From Dehalococcoidia bacterium (GTDB lineage: Bacteria; Chloroflexota; Dehalococcoidia; Lucifugimonadales; G963668185), in assembly GCA_965261935.1 (NCBI GenBank), contig OZ253485.1, positions 1,304,388 to 1,368,387 on the forward strand: 64,000 bases of DNA. The letters run 5' to 3'. A model generated the notes under the pieces. The model had not been told where the DNA came from, made no database searches, and was given only the letters and a program-made list of their open reading frames with translations. Shown here in pieces: positions 9,518 through 18,181 of the stretch; the stretch's first letter is position 1, and each line of letters begins with the position of its first letter. The position numbers were made by a program, and so were the translations under genes.

Positions 9518-10489
9518 ATGCCGACAAAGACGATCCGTGAAAGACTGGACTCTGGAGAGCTCCTCATCATGGACGGAGGCACCGGGTCTGAACTGCAGGC
9601 CCGCGGCGCCGATGTCCTGGTCGGCGCCACAGTGGACACCGGGCTGCAGGCATGGTCCGCTACCGCAAACGTCGAGCACGCCGACGTCGTCCAGCAAGTC
9701 CACCAGGACTACCTCCGCGTGGGCGCAGACATTCTCATAAGCAACAACTTCTGGACCAGCCCGTCACGCATGGAGCCCATCGGCCTGAAGGACGATTGGT
9801 CGAAGTACGCGCGCGCCTCAGTCGAGAATGCGATCAGGGCCCGTGACGCCCTCAAGCCTGAGGCCTACGTGACCGGCGGCATGGCGCCCCCCTGCCTCAC
9901 ATACTCCGAAGACGCGTCGGACGTCGTTCAGATGGGCGCCGCCGCTTTCCGTGACGAGTACTCCCAACACGCTAGATTGCTGGCCGACGCTGGCGTCGAC
10001 GCGCTGCTTCCGGAGTTCCTGGCAAGCATCGAAGAGTGCGTTGAGGCCGTCGATGCCTGCGCCGAGACCGGCCTGCCTGTCCTGCTCGGCGTGCGCAGCA
10101 TCCAGGAAGACGGCGGCTTGAAGTCCGGCGAGACCATGGGGGACTTGGTCTCCTCCCTTAAAGGCCGAGACATCGACGCCATTCTGCTGATGTGCTCCAG
10201 GCCGGAGAACATCACGGAGGGCCTGCGCAAGCTCCGCGATGCATACGACGGCCACATTGGCGGATACGCCAATATAGGCTACGGCGGAGTGGGAGTCCTC
10301 GGCGAAAACGCCCGGCAGCGCTACATGACCCTCACGAACTACGGCCCCGCCCGCGTCGCGGAGTTCGCCCGCGAGTGGAAGGAAATCGGCGCGCACGTCA
10401 TCGGTGGATGCTGCGGCACCGGTCCAGAGCACATCCTCATGATGAACCTGGTGCTCAAAGACCTGGAGCGCCCGGCGGCAATCGCATAG
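9518..10489 (+). CDS. Homocysteine S-methyltransferase family protein
   Basis: LIMDGGTGSELQARG at the N-terminus and GGCCGTGPEHI near the C-terminus (zinc-binding Cys pair). Confidence 0.8.
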   Translation: MPTKTIRERLDSGELLIMDGGTGSELQARGADVLVGATVDTGLQAWSATANVEHADVVQQVHQDYLRVGADILISNNFWTSPSRMEPIGLKDDWSKYARASVENAIRARDALKPEAYVTGGMAPPCLTYSEDASDVVQMGAAAFRDEYSQHARLLADAGVDALLPEFLASIEECVEAVDACAETGLPVLLGVRSIQEDGGLKSGETMGDLVSSLKGRDIDAILLMCSRPENITEGLRKLRDAYDGHIGGYANIGYGGVGVLGENARQRYMTLTNYGPARVAEFAREWKEIGAHVIGGCCGTGPEHILMMNLVLKDLERPAAIA

Positions 10490-10527
10490 CCGCCCCGGCG
10501 CGAGCCTGCATTCAAGGACAATGTCGT

Positions 10528-10550
10528 AGGGCGTCCCTTGTGGACGCCCT
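10528..10550 (+). terminator. Hairpin AGGGCGTCC-cttgt-GGACGCCCT downstream of 9518..10489
   Basis: 9-bp perfect stem 39 nt after the stop, followed by cggcctttcgctcttt. Confidence 0.4.
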
Positions 10551-10719
10551 CGGCCTTTCGCTCTTTGTGGCAGTTCTCGCGTCGCTGCCCAACGCCCTAG
10601 CCAACTGCGACAGGGCGGTTCGTCAACCGCCTATACCTGCCGTGGTGAAGGCCCTATGCAATGGCCTCTCACCATCCCCAGGCCGCCGCGACACATCCAA
10701 CCACACGTTCGCCCACTCG

Positions 10720-11334
10720 CTAGGAATCGGACTCTCCCACACCGTCACCGGAGGACTCGCGCTCCCACCGGAAGTGGATCAGCCCCGCCAGTAGCGCAAC
10801 TCCAACAAGCAGAACAACGAAACGGGCTATGTTGCGTGCGTTTCCCGTATCGCTCAAGGGCCCTTGGATCTCGGGGCCCCATTGGCCGAAGATGACGTTG
10901 AATGGTCCGATATCTCCTCCGGCCGAGGCGCCGAGCAGAATTAGCAGCACACCGCCAAGGAGCAGAGCCGGTGTGGTCACGGCCAACCTGCGGAATAGGA
11001 CCACTCCAAGCGCCACGAAGATGATCCCCAACCCAATGTGTATAGTCCCTAATTCCGAGTAGCGTTGGCCCATTTCGTTAATGGCTTCCATGAACTGCTC
11101 GTCGGATTCGGACATGGCATCCAACTCTGCGAACGAATAGTCCGACGACCCGTGAAATGCTGTGGTAGCGCTGAAGACCAGCATCACCAGGGCAAGCCCC
11201 AGCGACACCTGGGCAACTCTTTGTGCCAGAGCCGCGCTGCCGCCTAAGCGGTTGGCTAGCAGGACTGCGGCGATGAATACAGCCAGGACAATGCCGGATT
11301 GAAGACCAATGCTTGCAAGAAAACCGCCGCTCAT
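10720..11334 (-). CDS. Hypothetical integral membrane protein
   Basis: 204-aa ORF with about 5 hydrophobic helices separated by an acidic loop (AELDAMSESDEQFMEAINEM). No family recognised. Confidence 0.55.
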   Translation of the reverse strand: MSGGFLASIGLQSGIVLAVFIAAVLLANRLGGSAALAQRVAQVSLGLALVMLVFSATTAFHGSSDYSFAELDAMSESDEQFMEAINEMGQRYSELGTIHIGLGIIFVALGVVLFRRLAVTTPALLLGGVLLILLGASAGGDIGPFNVIFGQWGPEIQGPLSDTGNARNIARFVVLLVGVALLAGLIHFRWERESSGDGVGESDS

Positions 11335-11440
11335 CGTTAAGGCCTCCCGGATTTCATACGTGCTGCGCTCCGCCCGCTAGGCCTCCCCCAGCGGCTCCTT
11401 AACCCACTCCCAACCCACTCGTAGACATCGGCCACTCCGT

Positions 11441-11464
11441 AAGGGCGGTTCGCGAACCGCCCTT
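11441..11464. repeat. 24-nt perfect palindrome AAGGGCGGTTCGCGAACCGCCCTT (REP-like)
   Basis: A related hairpin GGGCGGTT-cgtc-AACCGCC lies at 10613..10631. Confidence 0.8.
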
Positions 11465-11748
11465 GCCCGCCCTTATGAAAGCCCCGGTTCCGTCTTCCCG
11501 CATGATGGAATCGCTTGCACAAAGCCGGAGCGGCACCAAGAGCATTCCCTCTCCTTCGATAGAGGCCTCCACCCAACCGTCACTCTAGCAAAAGAAGCCC
11601 TTGCACCTCCGTCATTCCCGCGCAGGCGGCAAGCCGGGTAGGGCGGCAAGCCAAAGAGCCACAAACCACTTAACGGAAACAAATCGCATGTGCAGTTACG
11701 CAATAGTCTCCTCGATCGGAGAGGCAGATCCCGCCGGCCATGCGCTCC

Positions 11749-11777
11749 TTGCTTGCTGCGAACACCTGTACTATAAT
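11749..11777 (+). promoter_or_regulatory. Orphan near-consensus sigma-70 promoter TTGCTT-N17-TATAAT
   Basis: -35 at 11749..11754, 17-nt spacer, -10 at 11772..11777. There is no plausible plus-strand CDS downstream before the convergent gene end at 12174. Confidence 0.4.
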
Positions 11778-12173
11778 TGACGCATGACCATTTCAACGCA
11801 ACCCAGCACCAGTCGATGCCCCATCTTATGCGTCGAATCGAGCCAGCCGCGCGCTGATACAACGGCCATGCCCTTGTGGCCGCTTTCGACCGTATTTGGC
11901 CGGCCTTGGAGGAATCTCAGCCGGTCCTCAGCTACGAAACGGCCGCTCTCGGCCGCTCACCGAGGCCACACTTACCCTTCCTTCGCGTGTAACGCTACTG
12001 TCAACAAAACGTCACGAAAACGTCTCATTCAGGTATCAACTCGGTCACAAAAGTGCTCCGAAGTTCAGAACGCCCAGCTAGGGAAAGTGACGGAATGTTA
12101 CGGGATGTGACACTTTTTCGGGTCGCTGAGCAATTGGACCCTGCGAACGAGCCCCTCGGCAACCCGCGGAACG

Positions 12174-13346
12174 CTACCCTTCGCCCAGTCTCTCCCGCAC
12201 CCAGTCGTGGATGGCAGCCACCCCGTGCTCCTGCGGGGTCAGCAGCCCATGCGCATGCCTGTTTGAGCGCAACCCCTGCTGGTTGTACTCGCACACCAGC
12301 GCGTCCTGCTCCGTAATGAGGATCCCCAGGCTAACGTGCTCCCGCGCGTCGAACTCCGGGTCCTCCAGCACGCTCTCCTGGAACAGCCACTCCACCACCA
12401 GGTCCGTCTTCACCGGCCCTCGCGCCGCGACGCGGCCCACCCTCAGGAAGTCCGGATGGAATGCAACGAACCAGCTTGGCCGGATGACCGCGAAGGAATG
12501 TCCCGTCGCCTTCTCCTCGTCGGTCAGGTCCGGGAAGTAGGGCACGTCCGTCGTGCCGTCCATCGTCCAAGTCACCATGCCCTCGGCAAGCCGCGGCTTC
12601 GGCCTGCCGGTGGCGGGATCCCTCTCGATTTTGTCAGGGTCCATGTCGCTCGTAGGGTCTTCCATGTCACTGAGAAGGCCTTTACCGAAGATGGGCACCA
12701 CCTTGGAAAGCTCCGGGTGCACGCTCGGGCAGTGGAAGCACTCAGAGAAGTTCTCCCAGAACACCTTCCAGTTCACGTTCATCTCGTACGTCTCGCTCAC
12801 GCCGACCTTCAGCCGCTCCGTGTGGAAGTTCCGGAACCGCGCCGGTACGTCGCCAAGCATCGATTCCAGCGACGGGGCCTCGTCGCCCGCCAGGTTGATG
12901 AACATGAAGCCGCCCCACTCGCCCACGGCAACTCCGTACAGGCTGTAGTCCCGCATGTCGAAGTCCGCCGACTCAAGCTGGTGGGGCGTGGCTATGAGGC
13001 TGCCGTCCAGACCGTACGTCCAAGCGTGGTACGGGCAGACGATCGAACCGCCCTCAAAGCTTCCCTTGTCCTGCGTGCAGAGGATCGAGCCTCTGTGCCG
13101 GCATGTGTTGTGGAACGCCTGCAGCCGCCCTTCCAGGTCCCGCACCAGCACGATTCTCTGGTCTCCAACATTCACGATTTTGTAGTCGCGCCGGTCTGCT
13201 ACTTCTTCCGACCGGCCCACGTAGAGCCAGTCCTTGGTCCAGATGGCGTCCATCTCACGCTCGAAGATGTCGGGGTCGAAGTGCCACTCCGAGGGAATCG
13301 TCGGCTGTATTCGCTCCAGCGGCTGTCGACGCTGCTGTGCCTGCAT
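12174..13346 (-). CDS. Aromatic-ring-hydroxylating oxygenase alpha subunit (Rieske 2Fe-2S)
   Basis: Rieske motif CRHRGSILC...CPYHAWTY, followed by a catalytic domain carrying FSECFHCPSVHPE. Confidence 0.85.
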   Translation of the reverse strand: MQAQQRRQPLERIQPTIPSEWHFDPDIFEREMDAIWTKDWLYVGRSEEVADRRDYKIVNVGDQRIVLVRDLEGRLQAFHNTCRHRGSILCTQDKGSFEGGSIVCPYHAWTYGLDGSLIATPHQLESADFDMRDYSLYGVAVGEWGGFMFINLAGDEAPSLESMLGDVPARFRNFHTERLKVGVSETYEMNVNWKVFWENFSECFHCPSVHPELSKVVPIFGKGLLSDMEDPTSDMDPDKIERDPATGRPKPRLAEGMVTWTMDGTTDVPYFPDLTDEEKATGHSFAVIRPSWFVAFHPDFLRVGRVAARGPVKTDLVVEWLFQESVLEDPEFDAREHVSLGILITEQDALVCEYNQQGLRSNRHAHGLLTPQEHGVAAIHDWVRERLGEG

Positions 13347-13437
13347 GGCGGGCCTCCTGCTTCGGTTTCCGGCCGCCGTGGCCGTACCGCGCGATTGTAC
13401 CAGCGTTGCCGCCTTCCGCAGCCGTCACACGAGTCGT

Positions 13438-13466
13438 TTGACTGGCTACTATCCGGTTCGTATCAT
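13438..13466 (+). promoter_or_regulatory. Candidate sigma-70 promoter TTGACT-N17-TATCAT for the LLM-oxidoreductase operon
   Basis: Hexamers at 13438..13443 and 13461..13466, in the divergent intergenic region about 65 nt upstream of ATG 13533. Confidence 0.5.
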
Positions 13467-13532
13467 CGCGCGGAGGGGCAGCAACATCGCGCGTACCCCG
13501 AGTTGGCGTCTGTCGGCAGAGGAGAGCTGGCC

Positions 13533-14609
13533 ATGAAGTTTGGAATGTTCTACATAGTTCAGTCTCACCCCGAGTGGACAGAAAGCCAATCGCTCACCGA
13601 GGCGATCGAGCAGATCGAGTTGGGAGACCGTCTGGGCCTGGACGATGTCTGGCTCGGAGAGCACCACTTCTCCAGGCACGGCTTGCTCTCAGGCATCTTC
13701 TCTTTCGCTGGTTTCGTTGCGGCCCGGACCAAGCGCATGCGCATTGGCACCGCGATCATCGTTCTGCCGTTCCACAACCCCGTTGTCACCGCCGAGGAAG
13801 CCGCGATGCTGGACGTCCTCAGCAACGGCAGGCTGGACTTCGGGATAGGTAGCGGCTACCAGCGCCGGGAGTTCGAAGGCCTGGGCGTAAACGTAGAGGA
13901 GAGCCGGGACCGGTTCCGCGAGTACCTGGAAATCATAGTGAAGGCCTGGACCGAGGAGACCCTGACCTACCACGGCAAGTTCGTGGACGTTGAGGGTGTC
14001 TGGGTCATCCCCAAGCCGGTCCAGAAGCCGCACCCTCCGCTATTCCAGGCCATCAGCACGAGCCCCGCCTCGGTGGAACACGCCGCCTCCAAGGGCATTA
14101 CCTGCATCTTCGGCGGACCCACGGCCGCGCTCGGCGAGGTGCCCGACGCAATCCGCCTCTGGCGAGAGAAAATGGAGGAGCACGGCCACCCACATGAGCA
14201 CCTGCACCCTCCCGTTTCCATCAACATATACGTGGCCCCCTCGGTTGAGGAGGCGGAAGCAGACGCGCTTGGCCGCGAGGACTTCTCACAGAAGATCCTG
14301 GCCCGCATCGGCTCCCCCGCTGATAAGAACGGCCGGCTTCCGAAGGGCTACGAAGCGTGGGCCACACGGAACCTGGACCGGGCCGCCGCCCTCAAGGGCC
14401 GCGGTGCCATCCCTGTGCTTCGCGGAACGCCCGAAGTGGTCGCTGAACGTCTGGAGCAGGTGCGCGCTCAGGGGATCAACCACATCTTCAGCAGCTTCGG
14501 CTTCCCCGGGCTCCCTCACGAGAAGTTCATCCGCTCGATCGAGATGTTCGCCTCCGAGGTCATGCCCAACTTCAAAGAACCGAGTTTTGAGCGCTTGAGG
14601 AGCAGATAG
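13533..14609 (+). CDS. LLM-class (luciferase-like) flavin-dependent oxidoreductase
   Basis: MKFGMFY...LGLDDVWLGEHHFSRHG...IGTAIIVLPFHNP...RLDFGIGSGY. ATG 13533 follows GGAGAG. The upstream 1.2 kb of ORF 12336..14609 is antisense to the Rieske gene. Confidence 0.85.
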   Translation: MKFGMFYIVQSHPEWTESQSLTEAIEQIELGDRLGLDDVWLGEHHFSRHGLLSGIFSFAGFVAARTKRMRIGTAIIVLPFHNPVVTAEEAAMLDVLSNGRLDFGIGSGYQRREFEGLGVNVEESRDRFREYLEIIVKAWTEETLTYHGKFVDVEGVWVIPKPVQKPHPPLFQAISTSPASVEHAASKGITCIFGGPTAALGEVPDAIRLWREKMEEHGHPHEHLHPPVSINIYVAPSVEEAEADALGREDFSQKILARIGSPADKNGRLPKGYEAWATRNLDRAAALKGRGAIPVLRGTPEVVAERLEQVRAQGINHIFSSFGFPGLPHEKFIRSIEMFASEVMPNFKEPSFERLRSR

Positions 14610-14612
14610 CCC

Positions 14613-16571
14613 ATGCCACCCGTTGCCGCAGTCGACATCATCTCAAGGGAATCCTATGCCGGCGGCGAGCCATTTGGCTCTTCCGGTCCGTTCGAGCGCA
14701 TAGACGGCACAGTCACGTTCACGGCTGACCCCGCCAGTCCCGCAAACGCGGCTATCACGGACATTGGTCTCGCCAGCCAAGACGAGGCCGGGCTGGTGCG
14801 GTTCAGTTCCGACTTCACCCTGATAACCCCGATTGGATCGGGTGGCGGCAAACTCCTTGTGGACGTGGTCAATCGTGGCAGGAAAATGGCGGTCAACACG
14901 TTTAACAGGGTCCCGCCCGGTCCGCCGTCGCGTGAACTGCCGCCCGGGGACGGATTCCTGTTTCGCCACGGCTTCTCGGTCCTGTCGATTGGCTGGCAGT
15001 GGGATGTCTATCGGGACGAGGCCCTGCTTGGACTGCAGGCGCCGCCGGTGCTGGCCGATGGCCGGCCTGTCACCGGACAGGCGGTCGTAGAAATCAGACC
15101 CAACTTCCCTATGCGCACGTCGCTGCTAGCCAACCGCTTGCACCAGCCCTATCCCCCGTCGGACCCCGACGGAGGCAATGCCCAGCTGCTCGTCCGCGAC
15201 TGGGAGGACGGCCCTGAGACCGAGATTCCCCGCAGCGAGTATCGTTTCGCTAGAGAGGAGAACGGAGAAGTCATACCGAGCAGGGTGCACGTTTTCCTCA
15301 ACACCGGATTCCAGCCGGGCAAAATCTACCGGATCGTTTACGACGCGGGAGGCTGCGTGCTGGTAGGCGCAGGACTGCTTTCCCTTCGAGAGGCCGCCGC
15401 CTGGCTTCGCCACCCATCCGCCTTGAACCCGGTGGCGGCGGGGTTCGAGCACGCATACGCATACGGAGTCTCTCAGACGGGCCGGATGCTCAGGCATTTC
15501 TTGTACCTCGGACTGAACTTGGACGAGTCGGGGCGCCCGGTCTACGATGGCCTCCTCCCACACGTAGCGGGAGGCCGCCGAGGAGAGTTCAATCATCGCT
15601 TCGCCCAGCCTTCACAGCAGTCTGAACCCGGTTTCGGCCACGCCTTCCCATTCACGGACGAGGAGACTTCGGACCCATACTCTTCACAGACGGACGGACT
15701 GCTATCACGTCAGAGAGCGTTGGGCTCCGTCCCCAAAGTCGTCTACACGAACTCCTCTGCCGAGTACTGGCGCGGCGACGGCTCCATGCAACACGTCGAA
15801 CCGAACGGCCTGAGCGACGCCGCTCAGGCGCCGGAGACCAGGTCCTACCACTTCTCCGGGACCCAGCACGGCGCTGGATCGCTGGACCGGGCGGCCGCCG
15901 GGCCTGACGGTAGCCTGGGTCGGCACCCCTTTAACGTGGTCGATTACAGGCCGCTGCTACGGGCCGCGCTGGTCAACCTTCACAGGTGGGCCGCCGACTC
16001 CGTTGAACCGCCACCAAGCAGGCACCCTCGCGTTGACGACGGCACCGCCGTAACCCAAGAGGAGGCTCTCGACGCCATGCCCGCAATTCCGGGTCTCGCC
16101 CTTCCGGACAAAGAGAGGCTTTGGGTCCTGCGCGAAGTGGACCTGGGACCGAAGGCGAAAGCAGGCGTCGGTCTGTACCCCGCGAAGGAGGGTGGCACAT
16201 ATCCCAGCTTGGTTTCCGCGCTGAACGCTGACGGCAACGAGACTGCCGGCATCCGGCTGCCGGACCTGGATGCGCCCGTCGGCACGCACACGGGCTGGAA
16301 TCCAAGGCACCGGGACACGGGCGCACCCGAACAGATCATCCCGATGCAGGGATTCACGCTTTTGTTCTCGCCATCAAAGAAAGACCGTGAGGCGGCCGGA
16401 GACCCGAGGCCTTCCTTGGAAGAGAGATACGGCTCGGGGGAAGACTACTTGAAACTAGTTCGCCGCCTCGCGAAGGCCTTGATCGACTCGAGATACGTGC
16501 TGCCGGAGGACCTCGACATCGTTGTGGCCGCCTGCGCCGCGCGCTACGACACCGCGGCGGGACACACTTAA
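14613..16571 (+). CDS. Large hypothetical protein, possibly alpha/beta-hydrolase-domain family
   Basis: 652-aa ORF starting 4 nt after the LLM stop. It has a nucleophile-elbow-like segment YAYGVSQTGRMLRHF. The family assignment is from memory only. Confidence 0.5.
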   Translation: MPPVAAVDIISRESYAGGEPFGSSGPFERIDGTVTFTADPASPANAAITDIGLASQDEAGLVRFSSDFTLITPIGSGGGKLLVDVVNRGRKMAVNTFNRVPPGPPSRELPPGDGFLFRHGFSVLSIGWQWDVYRDEALLGLQAPPVLADGRPVTGQAVVEIRPNFPMRTSLLANRLHQPYPPSDPDGGNAQLLVRDWEDGPETEIPRSEYRFAREENGEVIPSRVHVFLNTGFQPGKIYRIVYDAGGCVLVGAGLLSLREAAAWLRHPSALNPVAAGFEHAYAYGVSQTGRMLRHFLYLGLNLDESGRPVYDGLLPHVAGGRRGEFNHRFAQPSQQSEPGFGHAFPFTDEETSDPYSSQTDGLLSRQRALGSVPKVVYTNSSAEYWRGDGSMQHVEPNGLSDAAQAPETRSYHFSGTQHGAGSLDRAAAGPDGSLGRHPFNVVDYRPLLRAALVNLHRWAADSVEPPPSRHPRVDDGTAVTQEEALDAMPAIPGLALPDKERLWVLREVDLGPKAKAGVGLYPAKEGGTYPSLVSALNADGNETAGIRLPDLDAPVGTHTGWNPRHRDTGAPEQIIPMQGFTLLFSPSKKDREAAGDPRPSLEERYGSGEDYLKLVRRLAKALIDSRYVLPEDLDIVVAACAARYDTAAGHT

Positions 16572-16611
16572 GAGAAAGCCGGCCGACCTCAATAGTGAAG
16601 GACTGATCGCA

Positions 16612-17325
16612 ATGGACACATCAGATGTCGGGGCAGTGATCTTCGACGTTTTCGGCACGGTGGTCGACTGGCGGGGCAGCATCAGCGAGCAGTGCAGCGC
16701 GTTTGGGCGCGCAAAGGGAATCGATGTGGACTGGGATGTATTCGCCGATACGTGGCGTAGCAAGTACGGTCCCTACATGAACAAGGTACGAAACGGTGAC
16801 CTCCCCTGGACCAATCTGGACAGCCTGCACCGCATGTCGTTGGAAGAGGTACTGCACAAGTTCGGTATCTTCGGACTCAACGATGAAGAACTTCGCGAGA
16901 TTACGCTGTTTTGGCACCGCCTCAGGCCGTGGGCCGACTCCGTCCCCGGCCTGTACCGTCTGAAGAGCAAGTATGCAATAGCCACGATGTCAAACGGCAA
17001 CGTCGCCATGATGACAAACATGGCAAAGAGCTCGGGCCTGCCATGGGACTGCATCCTCGGCGCTGAGGTCGCGCGGCACTACAAGCCGGACCCGGAGAGC
17101 TACTTGACGACCGTCTCGCTGCTGGGGCTGAAACCCAGCCAGGTTGTCATGGCCGCCGCCCACACAGGCGATCTCATAGCCGCAGGAAAGCTGGGACTCA
17201 GGACCGCATTCATACCCCGGCCCATGGAACACGGACCGGGTCGAAGCCCCGAACCGGTATCCGACTTGCAGTTCGACGTCACGGCATCCGACTTCGTTGA
17301 CTTGGCGGCACAATTGGGGGCCTGA
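16612..17325 (+). CDS. Haloacid dehalogenase type II / HAD-superfamily hydrolase
   Basis: HAD motif I VIFDVFGTVVDW, then ATMSNGN and a C-terminal AAHTGDLIAA segment. Confidence 0.75.
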   Translation: MDTSDVGAVIFDVFGTVVDWRGSISEQCSAFGRAKGIDVDWDVFADTWRSKYGPYMNKVRNGDLPWTNLDSLHRMSLEEVLHKFGIFGLNDEELREITLFWHRLRPWADSVPGLYRLKSKYAIATMSNGNVAMMTNMAKSSGLPWDCILGAEVARHYKPDPESYLTTVSLLGLKPSQVVMAAAHTGDLIAAGKLGLRTAFIPRPMEHGPGRSPEPVSDLQFDVTASDFVDLAAQLGA

Positions 17326-17385
17326 CGTCTGCTCCTCTTACGCTTCCAGCTGAGGCTGCTCCGTGGTCGCGATTTAGCTGCCGCG

Positions 17386-18099
17386 TCACTCGGCCTCGAT
17401 CGCTGCCCTCTGGCGCTGCACCAGTTCGCCCACACCTTTCCACGCTAGGTCGAGCAACTCGTCCAGCGTCTGCCTGGAGAAGGGCTCCCCCTCCGCCGTG
17501 CCTTGCACTTCGACCACGCTGCCGTCGTCCGTCATAACAACGTTGACATCGGCTTCCGCGCGGGAGTCCTCTTCGTAGCACAGGTCCAGCAGCGGCACGC
17601 CATCGACAACGCCCACGCTCACCGCTGCAACTCCAGACCTAAAGGGCAGGCGCTCGATCTTGCCCGCCGAGACCATCGCGCTGGCCGCCTCGTGCAGCGC
17701 CACGTACGCGCCGGTGATCGCAGCCGTACGTGTGCCGCCGTCAGCTTGCAGCACGTCGCAGTCCACAGTGATCGTCCGCTCGCCCAAAGCCTCGAGGTCT
17801 ACGACTGCCCTCAGGCATCGGCCGATCAGGCGCTGTATTTCCCTCGCCCTTCCGCCCGCGTTCCGCTCCCTTGGCGTACGGGTCAACGTAGAGCGCGGCA
17901 GCATCGCGTACTCGGCCGTCACCCATCCTCGGCCCGACCCGCGCATCCACCGAGGAACCGTCTCCTCCACGGACACAGCGCAAAGCACACGAGTCTCGCC
18001 CGCCTCGATTGTGGCCGATCCCTCAGCATAGCTCTGTGCGGCCGTGCCGATCTTCACCGGTCGCAACTCGTCCGCTTCGCGACCGTCAACTCGTTTCAT
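17386..18099 (-). CDS. rph: Ribonuclease PH
   Basis: [17 protein letters not shown]...[19 protein letters not shown]...[23 protein letters not shown] is collinear with RNase PH. Confidence 0.9.
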   Translation of the reverse strand: MKRVDGREADELRPVKIGTAAQSYAEGSATIEAGETRVLCAVSVEETVPRWMRGSGRGWVTAEYAMLPRSTLTRTPRERNAGGRAREIQRLIGRCLRAVVDLEALGERTITVDCDVLQADGGTRTAAITGAYVALHEAASAMVSAGKIERLPFRSGVAAVSVGVVDGVPLLDLCYEEDSRAEADVNVVMTDDGSVVEVQGTAEGEPFSRQTLDELLDLAWKGVGELVQRQRAAIEAE

Positions 18100-18181
18100 A
18101 CTAACCACCATGTTCAACTGCAGGTCTAAGCATCTCCGCTCACTTCAGGTTCCGATGTTACTCCAATGCCTTCGTCTCACG

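Noticed and set aside
12336-13532. 5' 1.2 kb of the 757-aa ORF 12336..14609
   Set aside because: This part is antisense to the Rieske oxygenase gene. The luciferase-like domain begins at MKFGMFY (ATG 13533), which has an SD and an upstream promoter-like sequence.
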